A stretch of 16,545 bases of DNA. Source: Candidatus Bipolaricaulia bacterium (GTDB lineage Bacteria; Bipolaricaulota; Bipolaricaulia; JBHIAT01). Shown piece by piece: positions 7,711-15,914 of this stretch. Each line of letters opens with the position of its first letter. The first letter of the stretch is position 1. Both the position numbers and the translations under genes were made by a program. The stretch is taken from the NCBI GenBank assembly GCA_046758705.1, contig JBHIAT010000073.1, positions 1-16,545 of the forward strand, written 5' to 3'. Below the pieces are notes generated by a model. That model had not been told where the DNA came from, ran no database searches, and was given only the letters and a program-made list of their open reading frames with translations.

Positions 7711-8889
7711 TCACGGGACAACCGGCATCACGTCCGAACGCTCCTTGAACCGGTCCCTGAATCTGAGAAACAACACCACGGGGATGACGCCGACGAAACC
7801 GCCATAAACAAAAGTTGCCGTGGGCGCCACCGTGTGCCATAAAAACCCGGCGATCAAACTGGCCGGTAACGCAACCAACCCAACGGTTGTGTGAAAAGCC
7901 CCCAACACGGTCGCTTTTAACTCCTCCGATGACAGTTCGGAGATGAAAGCCCTCTGGTTGCCGTCGATCATCGCATGTACCAGGCCATAGAGAACGAATA
8001 GAACGATGAACACAGGCAGGGAGTTGGACAGGGCAAAGCCGAGAGAGGTTAACGAAAACAGAAGATATCCAGAGATGATCACCTTCCCTCTGCCGATCTT
8101 ATCGGAAAGAACCCCGAAAGGGGCGGCAAAGAGCCCGTAAAAAACGTTAAACAAGGTATACAAGATGATCGGCATTCCGACCGATGATCTGCCGGTAAAC
8201 AGCTCCTGGGCTTTTAGGATAAAGAACATGTAACTGAAGTTCGCCAACCCGAAGATACCGGCTATGAGAATGAACCACCTGATGGAGACAGGCAGATCTT
8301 TTATCCCCACGTTCAGCGTCCTATCTTGAGGTTTCCCCCTCCGTTCTGTGACAAAGCGGAGCGGGATGAGCGAAAGGAACGATAAAATAGCGGCAATGAA
8401 TATAATGGATCTGAAGTTCAGCCGCAAAAACCAAAATAGCACGAAAACGACCCCGGCTCCCAAAATGGCACCGGAGGTATCCAAAGCCCGATGGATTCCA
8501 AACCCCTTGCCCAGCTCTTTTGGCATGGAATCGGCGATAATCGCATCCCTGGCGGGGGTTCTCAAGCCCTTTCCCACCCGCTCGATCCCGGAAAAGATCA
8601 GGATATGCTGCCATATCGATGAGAAAGAGAGGAGCAGTTTGGAGATCGACGAGATGAGGTAGCCTGACCGGACGAATATCTTCCTTTTTCTCGTTTTATC
8701 GGACCAATAGCCGGAAAAAACATTGAGGAGACTCGTTATACCCTCTCGTAATCCCCCGATCAATCCCACGACCAAGCCGGTGCCACCCGATGCCGTGATA
8801 AACATGGGCAGGATCGGCATGATCATCTCACTGCTTAAATCGTTCAGAAAACTGACGATGCCCAGCAGGAATACATTGGCTCTTTTCAA
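7711..8889 (-). CDS. MFS transporter (12-TM, substrate unknown)
   Basis: MFS motif A twice (GYWSDKTRKRK; GVLSDKIGRGK), ERVGKGLRTPARDAII and about 12 hydrophobic segments. TTG start. Confidence 0.92.
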   Translation of the reverse strand: MKRANVFLLGIVSFLNDLSSEMIMPILPMFITASGGTGLVVGLIGGLREGITSLLNVFSGYWSDKTRKRKIFVRSGYLISSISKLLLSFSSIWQHILIFSGIERVGKGLRTPARDAIIADSMPKELGKGFGIHRALDTSGAILGAGVVFVLFWFLRLNFRSIIFIAAILSFLSLIPLRFVTERRGKPQDRTLNVGIKDLPVSIRWFILIAGIFGLANFSYMFFILKAQELFTGRSSVGMPIILYTLFNVFYGLFAAPFGVLSDKIGRGKVIISGYLLFSLTSLGFALSNSLPVFIVLFVLYGLVHAMIDGNQRAFISELSSEELKATVLGAFHTTVGLVALPASLIAGFLWHTVAPTATFVYGGFVGVIPVVLFLRFRDRFKERSDVMPVVP

Positions 8890-8915
8890 CTATCCATCCT
8901 TGGCAGGCAAACCCC

Positions 8916-10082
8916 TTACCGTTCGTCGATTGGGATATAGCTTGCTTGTATCGGACCGATATAACGGAATCGCGGCCGGAACAGCCGGTTCTCCTCCAAC
9001 TGCTCCAGAATGTGAGCCGTCCAGCCCGCTATCCGGCTCACGGCGAAGATCGGGGTGTAAAGATCCGGTTCGAATCCCATATAGTAGTAGACCGTGGCGG
9101 AGTAGAAATCGACATTGGGAAAGATCCCCTTCTCCCCGAGGCGGTCGACGACCGCCTTCTCGATTCGCCGGGAGATCTCATACCAGGTGATGTCCCCCTG
9201 GATCTCGGCGAGCCTCTTTGAGTATCGGTTGAGGATCCGGGCCCGTGGGTCGTAGGTCTTGTAGACTCGGTGACCGAAACCCATGATCTTCTGGTGGTGG
9301 GCAAGCGCTTCCTCGACGTACGTCTCCGCCTTCTCGACGTCACCGATCTGCAATAGAGTCTGCATCACCTCACGGTTCGCCCCGCCGTGGAGCGGTCCTT
9401 TCAGGCTGCCGACCGCTGCGGTCACCGCTGAGTAGATGTCCGTCAGTGTCGAGATGGTCACGATCGCCGTGAACGTCGAGGCGTTGGAGCCGTGATCCGC
9501 ATGGAGGATCAGCGCCACATCCATGACTCGGGCGGTGTAATCATCGGGAAGGGTGCCGGTCAGCATGTAGAGGAAGTTGGCCGCATGTCCGAGCTCCGAG
9601 TTGGGCGCCACCGGCTCCTGCCTACGGCGCAGCCGTTGGATAGCGGCCACGATCGTCGGGGACCGGGCGATGAGCCTGACCGCTTTGCGACGGATGGCCT
9701 CCGGGCTATGATCCTCGGCTTCCGGATCGTACACCCCCAGCGCCGAGATCGCGGTGCGCAGCACGGCCATCGCAGGTGTCTTGGTATTTTGCACATGCAG
9801 ATCCTTCAGCACCTGGAGCACCTCGCCGGGCAACGCCCGGTTGGCGGTGAGTTCCGCCTTGAACCCCTCCAGCTCATCCCGGTTGGGAGGCCTGTGATGG
9901 AGGAGCATATAGGCGACTTCCTCGAAGGTTGACGCCTCGGCAAGCTCCTCGATCGGGATGCCTAAATAGGCGAGCACACCCTGCTGACCATCGATGTAGC
10001 TGAGCTCGCTCTCCCCAATGATTACCCCTTCCAAACCTTTCACCGCCTCGACCGCATTCTGTCGCTGTTTCCCATCTGTCAC
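8916..10082 (-). CDS. gltA: Citrate synthase (citrate/2-methylcitrate synthase family)
   Basis: KGLEGV, HADHGSNAST, GPLHGGAN, IMGFGHRVYK, DPR, PNVDFYS and RP. GTG at 10082 has the SD AGGAGG and is preferred over the TTG at 10103. Confidence 0.93.
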   Translation of the reverse strand: MTDGKQRQNAVEAVKGLEGVIIGESELSYIDGQQGVLAYLGIPIEELAEASTFEEVAYMLLHHRPPNRDELEGFKAELTANRALPGEVLQVLKDLHVQNTKTPAMAVLRTAISALGVYDPEAEDHSPEAIRRKAVRLIARSPTIVAAIQRLRRRQEPVAPNSELGHAANFLYMLTGTLPDDYTARVMDVALILHADHGSNASTFTAIVTISTLTDIYSAVTAAVGSLKGPLHGGANREVMQTLLQIGDVEKAETYVEEALAHHQKIMGFGHRVYKTYDPRARILNRYSKRLAEIQGDITWYEISRRIEKAVVDRLGEKGIFPNVDFYSATVYYYMGFEPDLYTPIFAVSRIAGWTAHILEQLEENRLFRPRFRYIGPIQASYIPIDER

Positions 10083-10147
10083 GAACAATTCCTCCTTCAG
10101 CAAATAGGCGTGGATTCTGTCCTGTATGAATTACTATTACCGTTTTA

Positions 10148-10177
10148 ACTATACTACAGGAACGGTTAGCTTGCCAA
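10148..10177 (-). promoter_or_regulatory. Putative sigma70 promoter for citrate synthase and the MFS gene
   Basis: Minus strand TTGGCA-18 nt-TATAGT in an AT-rich intergenic stretch. Confidence 0.45.
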
Positions 10178-10236
10178 ACATAGCGTGATGGGGCCCAAAC
10201 GGCTTATCTTTCTCTTTCGCTTTCACTTTATTGAGA

Positions 10237-10680
10237 TTAAGATTGGGATTTGGGTATAGAGGACATCGGGATGACCATCACCGGGACCGGCGACATCCGC
10301 ACCACCGCTTCGGCCACGCTGCCCAACAGGATACGCTCCAGGCCGCTTCGGCCATGGGTACCCATCACGATCAGATCGATCTCCATCTCTTCGGTATAGG
10401 CGATGATCTGCTCCGCTGGATCTCCGTCCTGAACCCTCCCCTCGGCCGACAGACTCCCAAGCTCCTGGATTACTTTCTCGATAATCCGCTTGCCCTCCTC
10501 CCGCATGCTGTCTTTGACCCGTTCCTGGGGCACTCCTGGCAACGACAAGACCAGCGGAGTGTTGATCACATGTAGGACATGGACGGTCGCTCCGTACTGC
10601 GTTGCCAGCCCTTTGACATAGAGCACCGCTTGCTCGGCACAGTCAGAGCCATCGGTCGGCAGCAGAATGTTCTTGAACAT
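10237..10680 (-). CDS. Universal stress protein (UspA family, ATP-binding type)
   Basis: ILLPTDGS, VLHV, DLIVMGTHGRSGLERILLGSVAE (G-x2-G-x9-GS) and PVPVMV. Confidence 0.95.
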   Translation of the reverse strand: MFKNILLPTDGSDCAEQAVLYVKGLATQYGATVHVLHVINTPLVLSLPGVPQERVKDSMREEGKRIIEKVIQELGSLSAEGRVQDGDPAEQIIAYTEEMEIDLIVMGTHGRSGLERILLGSVAEAVVRMSPVPVMVIPMSSIPKSQS

Positions 10681-10698
10681 CGTTCTCCCCTGTGGTTA

Positions 10699-11346
10699 TC
10701 AGCGAACATCCACAATCTGGATGTCGGCTGCTTTCAGTTCCCAGATGATCTCCTCCGTGTTCCCCTGCGCTACCATCCGGATCACGACCTCGCGTCGGTT
10801 CGGCGGGCCCGGATGGAGATGAGAGGAGGCCAGGCTCAGGATGTTCACATGGTGATCTCTGATCGGTTCCAACACTTGAACCAGAGCCCCCGGCTCATCC
10901 TTCAGTTCAATCGTCAGCCGGGTCCCACCCTCCTCGAACCCCATCACCTCGATCAGCACGACAAAGATGTCGGACTCGGTGATGATTCCCACCAACCCTT
11001 CCTGGCCACCGACGACCGGCAGGCCGCCGACCTTGTGCCTGCGCATCTTCACCGCCGCCTCCTCGATGGTATCCTGGGGCCTGACGGTGACCACCTCCCG
11101 ACTCATCACCTCCTCCACCGTCGTCTTGGCCAGCAGGTAGTTCAACTCCCAGATGCTCAGGCTGGTCGCATCCGAAGGGCCTGCCTCCTGAATATCCCCC
11201 TGGGTTACGATCCCCACCAGTTTCTCACCCTTCATCACCGGCAGCCGGCGGATGTTGTGTTGTCTCATGGTCTCACGAGCGTCCATGATCGGCGCCTCCG
11301 GCGACACGGTGACCACATCGCGGGTCATCCACATTTCGATGAACAT
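10699..11346 (-). CDS. CBS-pair + ACT domain protein (AcuB-like), copy 2
   Basis: Same architecture as 1153-1800 (about 60% identity by manual alignment). SD AGGAGG. Confidence 0.9.
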   Translation of the reverse strand: MFIEMWMTRDVVTVSPEAPIMDARETMRQHNIRRLPVMKGEKLVGIVTQGDIQEAGPSDATSLSIWELNYLLAKTTVEEVMSREVVTVRPQDTIEEAAVKMRRHKVGGLPVVGGQEGLVGIITESDIFVVLIEVMGFEEGGTRLTIELKDEPGALVQVLEPIRDHHVNILSLASSHLHPGPPNRREVVIRMVAQGNTEEIIWELKAADIQIVDVR

Positions 11347-11407
11347 CTTTCATATCCTCCTTCCTGGATTATTCTATACGCTCACAACCTGAAACTCCAT
11401 AGAGATC

Positions 11408-12895
11408 TCAAATCCTTCGCAAGAACGAGCGGAACAGGATGAGGACTGGAATGATCTCAAGCCGGCCGATCCACATGTTGAAGCATAGGACCAGCTTGGC
11501 AGCCAGCGGCATGTTTGGACCGGTGATCCCGACGGAAAGGCCGATATTCCCTTGTGCAGAGGCGACTTCAAAGATCACCTCGTTGAACGCGTAGCTCGGG
11601 ACCGCCTGGAGCAAAACGATGACGCCGATCCCCAGAGACAGTATCCACAGGAAGATAATGGTTGAAACATTCCCTATCCGCCTGTCCGCCTCCGTTTCAT
11701 CGAACGGTTTCCCACCGAGTTCGAACCGCGTCAGGGCGTCACGGGGGGCGATGATCTTACGAAACTGCCACTGGATCCCCTTGAACAGGAGGATGAGGCG
11801 GATCACCTTGATGCCGCCAGAGGTGGATCCGGCCGCCCCCCCGATGATCATACCGACGGTGAGGATCAGTTGAGCGGTCGGACTCCACGCCCCCAGATCG
11901 ACCGTCTGGAAGCCAGTGGCGGTCATTGCTGATACATACTGGAACGCGGAATCCCGTAGCACGGTGAACTCCCCGAGAAGGAGCTGAGACCGGTTCTCAA
12001 GCCACAGAACGAGGATTCCGACAACAAGCAGGATCAGCAACCAGCGGGTCTGAATCCCCCGCCACAGCTGGGAGAAATCCCCACGCAGGATTCGGTAGTG
12101 AACGACGAAGCTGATCGCGCCAATGACCATCAGCGGGAGCAGGGCCAGCTCGATCGCCAGGCTGTCATACGCCGCGATGCTGCCATCGACCACGCTGAAC
12201 CCACCGGTAGAGATCCCGGTCATCGAGTGGTTGATCGCGTCCCAGATCGGCATGCCGGCAGCCCAAAGCAGGCCGATTCCGACCAGCGTATACACGGCGA
12301 AGATCCACCACATGGTGTGTACCGTCGATCGCACCGACGGATGGATTCGTTCCTCGCGTGCCTCCGCATAGTAGAGGCGGTGGGCGCCGGGACCCGGACC
12401 GACGATGATCGACAGCATCAGCACGATCACCCCCATGCCGCCTACCCACTCGGTGAAACTGCGCCACCACTGAAATGTGCGAGGAAGCTGATCCGCGTCG
12501 ATGACCATGGTGAGCCCGGTGCCCGTGTATCCCGAGATCGACTCGAAGATCGCGTTCATCGGATCCCGGAACTCGAGCACCGTGTTTGGGGCCTCGGTGA
12601 TCCAGATCGCTGTCAGGTAGATCGGCAGGGCACCAAGCGCCGCAACGAGCAGCCAGCCGAGCGCCGCAACGACCATGCCGTGCCATAGCAACGCCTCCCC
12701 GGCTCGGCGAAACGGCCAGTAGAGCAGGTTTCCCAACCCCAACGACAGCGCGGCGGTGATCAACAGCGGACCGATTGCAAACGACTCCTGGAATGCCAGG
12801 GGGACCCCCAGGGAGGCGATCGCCATGATGCCGACGACCTGAACGATCAGGCCCAGATCCCGGAGAATAATCGGCAGCGAATCCGATCGGATCAT
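11408..12895 (-). CDS. trkH: Trk potassium uptake membrane protein TrkH
   Basis: Four pore-loop glycine motifs (SGYTGTGLT, TGISTGGFS, SAMTATGF, SAQGNIGLS), GGAAGSTSGGIK and MWIGRLEI. ATGA overlap with trkA. Confidence 0.95.
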   Translation of the reverse strand: MIRSDSLPIILRDLGLIVQVVGIMAIASLGVPLAFQESFAIGPLLITAALSLGLGNLLYWPFRRAGEALLWHGMVVAALGWLLVAALGALPIYLTAIWITEAPNTVLEFRDPMNAIFESISGYTGTGLTMVIDADQLPRTFQWWRSFTEWVGGMGVIVLMLSIIVGPGPGAHRLYYAEAREERIHPSVRSTVHTMWWIFAVYTLVGIGLLWAAGMPIWDAINHSMTGISTGGFSVVDGSIAAYDSLAIELALLPLMVIGAISFVVHYRILRGDFSQLWRGIQTRWLLILLVVGILVLWLENRSQLLLGEFTVLRDSAFQYVSAMTATGFQTVDLGAWSPTAQLILTVGMIIGGAAGSTSGGIKVIRLILLFKGIQWQFRKIIAPRDALTRFELGGKPFDETEADRRIGNVSTIIFLWILSLGIGVIVLLQAVPSYAFNEVIFEVASAQGNIGLSVGITGPNMPLAAKLVLCFNMWIGRLEIIPVLILFRSFLRRI

Positions 12896-13557
12896 CCAGT
12901 GATGCGTCCCACCAGGTCGTCGGTGGCCGGTTGCTGGGTGATAACGGTCACCTGATCACCGACGTTGAGCAGCGTCTTGCCGACAGGGATGATCTGTTCA
13001 TCGTCCCGTTCCACGGCGACGATCAGGGTCTTATCCGGAATCAGTCCCGCGTGACCGCTCTCCTGAATCGTTTTACCGACCAACGACGAGCGCTCGGTCA
13101 GCGTCGCCTCGAAGAGTTGCGCCCCGCCGCTCAACGTGACCAAGTCGCGGATCTTTGGCCGCTGCATCGTGCTGTAGAGGTGTCTGGCTACGATCTCCTC
13201 CGGATCCTCTACCACATGGGCCCCAAGACGATGGAACAGCACGCCGTGATCTCGCTCGTTGACGACCGAGATGAGCGTGGAGACATCCAGCTCCTTTCCC
13301 AATGCGATCACCATCAGATTGGTCGCATCATCCGCGGTGGTGGCCACCAGGGCATCGGCTCGGGATACGCCTGCCTCGTTCAACACCTCCACCGAAGTCG
13401 CATCGGCGTGAAGGACCAGCAGATCGTCGAAGTTTCGATTGATCTCCTCAGCCCGCTCCCGGTCGCTCTCGATGAGCACCACATCGTTCCTGTCCTCCAG
13501 CGCGATCTCGATCAGGCTCTCCCCGACCTTCCCAGCACCGATGACGATCATGTACAT
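12892..13557 (-). CDS. trkA: Trk potassium uptake regulatory subunit TrkA (RCK_N + RCK_C)
   Basis: IVIGAGKVG Rossmann motif, DAT...EAGV..AD...T.DD..N, and a C-terminal RCK_C (IVAVER...IIP.G.T.L..GDQV). SD GGAGG. Confidence 0.93.
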   Translation of the reverse strand: MYMIVIGAGKVGESLIEIALEDRNDVVLIESDRERAEEINRNFDDLLVLHADATSVEVLNEAGVSRADALVATTADDATNLMVIALGKELDVSTLISVVNERDHGVLFHRLGAHVVEDPEEIVARHLYSTMQRPKIRDLVTLSGGAQLFEATLTERSSLVGKTIQESGHAGLIPDKTLIVAVERDDEQIIPVGKTLLNVGDQVTVITQQPATDDLVGRITG

Positions 13558-13576
13558 CGTGGTCCTCCGGACTTAC

Positions 13577-13610
13577 CTTACATTGTAAGCGGAAACAGTT
13601 TTACATACAA
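13577..13610 (-). promoter_or_regulatory. sigma70 promoter of trkA-trkH with an overlapping palindrome
   Basis: Minus strand TTGTAT-17 nt-TACAAT (13610-13582). The palindrome CTTACA-T-TGTAAG (13577-13589) covers the -10. Confidence 0.55.
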
Positions 13611-13641
13611 CTTAACGCCGGTGCTCGCAACTGTGACACTT

Positions 13642-14100
13642 TCATCCCGTCACTTCGACGATATTTTGGGGAGTTCCATTGAGGAACGCTTCGATGTTGG
13701 CAACCGTCGTCTCTAAGATTCGCTCCACCGCCTCCCGGCTGAGCAGTTGCTTCTCCTCCTTAATCAACGCCTCTTCCTCCAGCACATCCAAGCCGGCCCC
13801 CCCAACGATCCCCCGGTCGAGTCCCCAGACGAGCGCGAACGTGCGTTCATAGGCCTTGTGCACCTTGCGGGACAGTGACAGAATCAGGGCGAACGTGTGC
13901 TCAGCCACCGTGTTGTCGCCGTAATACGGGACGTTGGTGACGACCACGCCGCGCTCCCGGCAGGCGTCGAGATCGATGTGATCGTAGCCGGTCGACCGTG
14001 TTGCCACCAGCTGAACGTCGGGCAAGGCGTTGAGCGTATCAACGGTGATCTCGGAGTAGATGAACGGGGAGAGGACGGTGATCCCTTGGGCGAACACCAT
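13642..14100 (-). pseudogene. Internally deleted D-2-hydroxyacid (D-lactate-type) dehydrogenase remnant
   Basis: Retains ATRSTGYDHID, NVPYYGDNTVAEHTFALIL, GAGLDVLEEE and the C-terminal helix. Lacks the N-terminus, the GxGxIG NAD motif, NTARG and the catalytic TPH. Confidence 0.85.
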
Positions 14101-14215
14101 ACCGGGGCCGCCGCCAACATAGGCGGGCCCGAGCTCGATCAAAATCGAGACGTAACTCTATTTAGCACAACTGCTATCACGAAGTCAAACGCCCTTCGAT
14201 TCCAGTCCACTGTGA

Positions 14216-14244
14216 TTGATTCGGAGTTTCCCTGGGATTATAAT
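14216..14244 (+). promoter_or_regulatory. sigma70 promoter for the DUF4342 gene (and possibly the omegaRNA by read-through)
   Basis: TTGATT-17 nt-TATAAT, followed by a G-rich SD before ATG 14268. Confidence 0.75.
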
Positions 14245-14267
14245 TAAGATTACGAGGGGGGGGAACC

Positions 14268-14537
14268 ATGGCAGAAAAGAAAACCACGGTGGAAGTGGAG
14301 GACGTCGAGGGCAGTAAACTCATCGACAGGGTCGGTGAACTCCTTCACGAAGCTCGGGTACGCCGGATCAGTATCAAGAACAAGGAGGGCAGGACCCTGT
14401 TGGACATTCCCCTTTGGGGAGGAGCTGTGGCGGCGGTGATAGCCCCGATTATGGCAGCTGTAGGGGCGGCTGCAGCTCTGTTAGTAGGGGGCCAGATTGA
14501 AGTCGAAAGAGAGGAAGAGGAAGAAGGAGAAGAGTAA
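14268..14537 (+). CDS. DUF4342 domain protein
   Basis: LIDRVGELLHEARVRRISIK...LLDIPL..GAVAAVIAP.MAAVGAAAALL...IEVER matches the family pattern. Promoter and SD present. Confidence 0.85.
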   Translation: MAEKKTTVEVEDVEGSKLIDRVGELLHEARVRRISIKNKEGRTLLDIPLWGGAVAAVIAPIMAAVGAAAALLVGGQIEVEREEEEEGEE

Positions 14538-14543
14538 GATTGT

Positions 14544-14812
14544 GTCAATGACCCGCCCCTCAAGGAGGCGGGCTTGCCATGGCGATAGCAACGTAAGCAT
14601 TGACTAGGAGGAGTTTGCCATCCTAATGCAAAGCCAATGGCAAACTAAACGCATTGCAGGCTACAAGGACGGCGGAGTGCACGACCTGGCTCCGCCCGCT
14701 CCGGCAGAATCGCTTAATGCCACGTCTGTCCATCACAACCGTCAACACCGCCGACAGACTAAGCCTGCTTTGCCCCTCGAAGGTCACTCAACAGGTCCAC
14801 GGGAGCCTGGCC
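14544..14812 (+). ncRNA. omegaRNA (HEARO-like) scaffold for IsrB
   Basis: Stems GTCAATG/CATTGAC (14544-50/14598-604), AGTTTGCCAT/ATGGCAAACT (14612-21/14637-46), GGCGGAG/CTCCGCC (14671-77/14690-96) and GTCTGTC/GACAGAC (14724-30/14753-59). Possible pseudoknots GACCT/AGGTC and GAGG/CCTC. The 3' end is approximate. Confidence 0.8.
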
Positions 14813-14814
14813 GT

Positions 14815-15873
14815 ATACCGGCACTCATTCCCGTGCTCCACCAGGATGGTACCCCGCTTACGCCTTGTAAGCCAGCCAAAGCCCGCAAGTTGCTCCGGGG
14901 CGGTGTGGCAGAAAAGCACTGGAACAAGCTCGGTCATTTCTACATTCAGATGCGGGTCGAGACGGGCAAAGAGACACCGGAGATGTGGTTGGCGGACGAC
15001 CCCGGTTCGCAGTTTGACGGGATCGCGGTCGCTTCTCATCAGCGGGTTCAAACGACCGCTATGCTGGAATTGCCCACCGGGATCGCCAAGAAGATGACCA
15101 ACCGGAGACAACTCAGACGGGCCCGGCGGTATCGCAAATGTCGCAGGCGACCGAAGCGATTTGACAATCGCCACCGACCGGAGGGTTGGACAGCTCCCTC
15201 GCAGAAAGCCAAAGTGGACTTCCGGCTGAAGGTGATCGGTGAGCTCTATAAGCTCTATCCGATTGCTGGTGCTGTGGTCGAGGATGTGCGATTTAACCAC
15301 TATCGCAACCGTTGGGGCAAGCACTTCTCCACGGTCGAGATCGGGAAAGCTTACTTCTATGCCGAGCTAAAGAAGCTCGGTCAGCTGAAGCTATACGCTG
15401 GCTGGGAGACGCAGGAAGAACGCGAGAGGCAGGGCTTGAAGAAAAGCAAGTCCAAGCGTAAGAGGACACCGGAGAGCCATGTGGTGGATGCGGTAGCGAT
15501 GTTGTCTCGATGGCTGGGGACAGCTGACCTGCGCGTGCCCCAGTTCTGGGTGTTCAAGCGACCGAATGTGCGCAGGCGCAGCCTCCACCTTCAGAACCCG
15601 GCCAAGGGAGGGGTGCGACGGGGGCATGGAGGGACAGCTGCGTTAGGCATCGCCAAGCACACGGTTTGTCTTTGGAAAGGGCAGCTGTATCGAACCGGGG
15701 GGTCAACGGGAGGCCGGCTGAGTTTGCACGATATGACACTGGAGGCGAAGCGGGTGGTGCGGCACGCCAAAGTGGAGGAGTTGACATTGTTGTTCAAGCA
15801 ATCGATATTGGGAATGGAGGTGAAATACAAGCCTGACGGCTTGCAGCCAATTCCCCCTTCTCCGTCCCCCTGA
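14815..15873 (+). CDS. isrB: IsrB RNA-guided nickase (RRXRR/PLMP + split RuvC, no HNH)
   Basis: PLMP domain (IPVLHQDGTPLTPCKPAKARKLL), RuvC-I DDPG, Arg-rich bridge helix RRQLRRARRYRK..R..RFDNR, RuvC-II VVEDV and RuvC-III SHVVDA, with no HNH insert; about 350 aa. The start codon is uncertain (ATA 14815, GTG 14833, or ATG 14626 inside the omegaRNA). Confidence 0.88.
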   Translation: MPALIPVLHQDGTPLTPCKPAKARKLLRGGVAEKHWNKLGHFYIQMRVETGKETPEMWLADDPGSQFDGIAVASHQRVQTTAMLELPTGIAKKMTNRRQLRRARRYRKCRRRPKRFDNRHRPEGWTAPSQKAKVDFRLKVIGELYKLYPIAGAVVEDVRFNHYRNRWGKHFSTVEIGKAYFYAELKKLGQLKLYAGWETQEERERQGLKKSKSKRKRTPESHVVDAVAMLSRWLGTADLRVPQFWVFKRPNVRRRSLHLQNPAKGGVRRGHGGTAALGIAKHTVCLWKGQLYRTGGSTGGRLSLHDMTLEAKRVVRHAKVEELTLLFKQSILGMEVKYKPDGLQPIPPSPSP

Positions 15874-15914
15874 AGGAGGACGGTCCCCTTGGCTGAATTC
15901 TATGGTCCGGCATG

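Larger units (their letters stand above)
14544..15901 (+). mobile_element. Non-autonomous IS200/IS605-superfamily OMEGA element (omegaRNA + isrB)
   Basis: Starts with a GTCAA end. Related subterminal hairpins CCCGCC-CCT-CA-AGG-A-GGCGGG (14552-14572) and CCGTCC-C-CCT-GA-AGG-A-GGACGG (15862-15883). No terminal inverted repeats and no tnpA in the window. The right boundary is approximate. Confidence 0.8.

Noticed and set aside
105-13716. Long plus-strand ORFs (e.g. 105-746, 3408-4229, 4341-5339, 10579-11442, 12931-13716)
   Set aside because: They are antisense shadows of well-supported minus-strand genes in GC-rich DNA and carry no recognisable motifs.
14508-14534. GAA/GAG-rich repeat
   Set aside because: It simply encodes the poly-Glu tail of the DUF4342 protein.
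14815-15873. Calling the nuclease IscB, Cas9 or TnpB
   Set aside because: There is no HNH or CxxC insert between RuvC-II and RuvC-III, no CRISPR array, and an N-terminal PLMP domain is present, so IsrB fits best.
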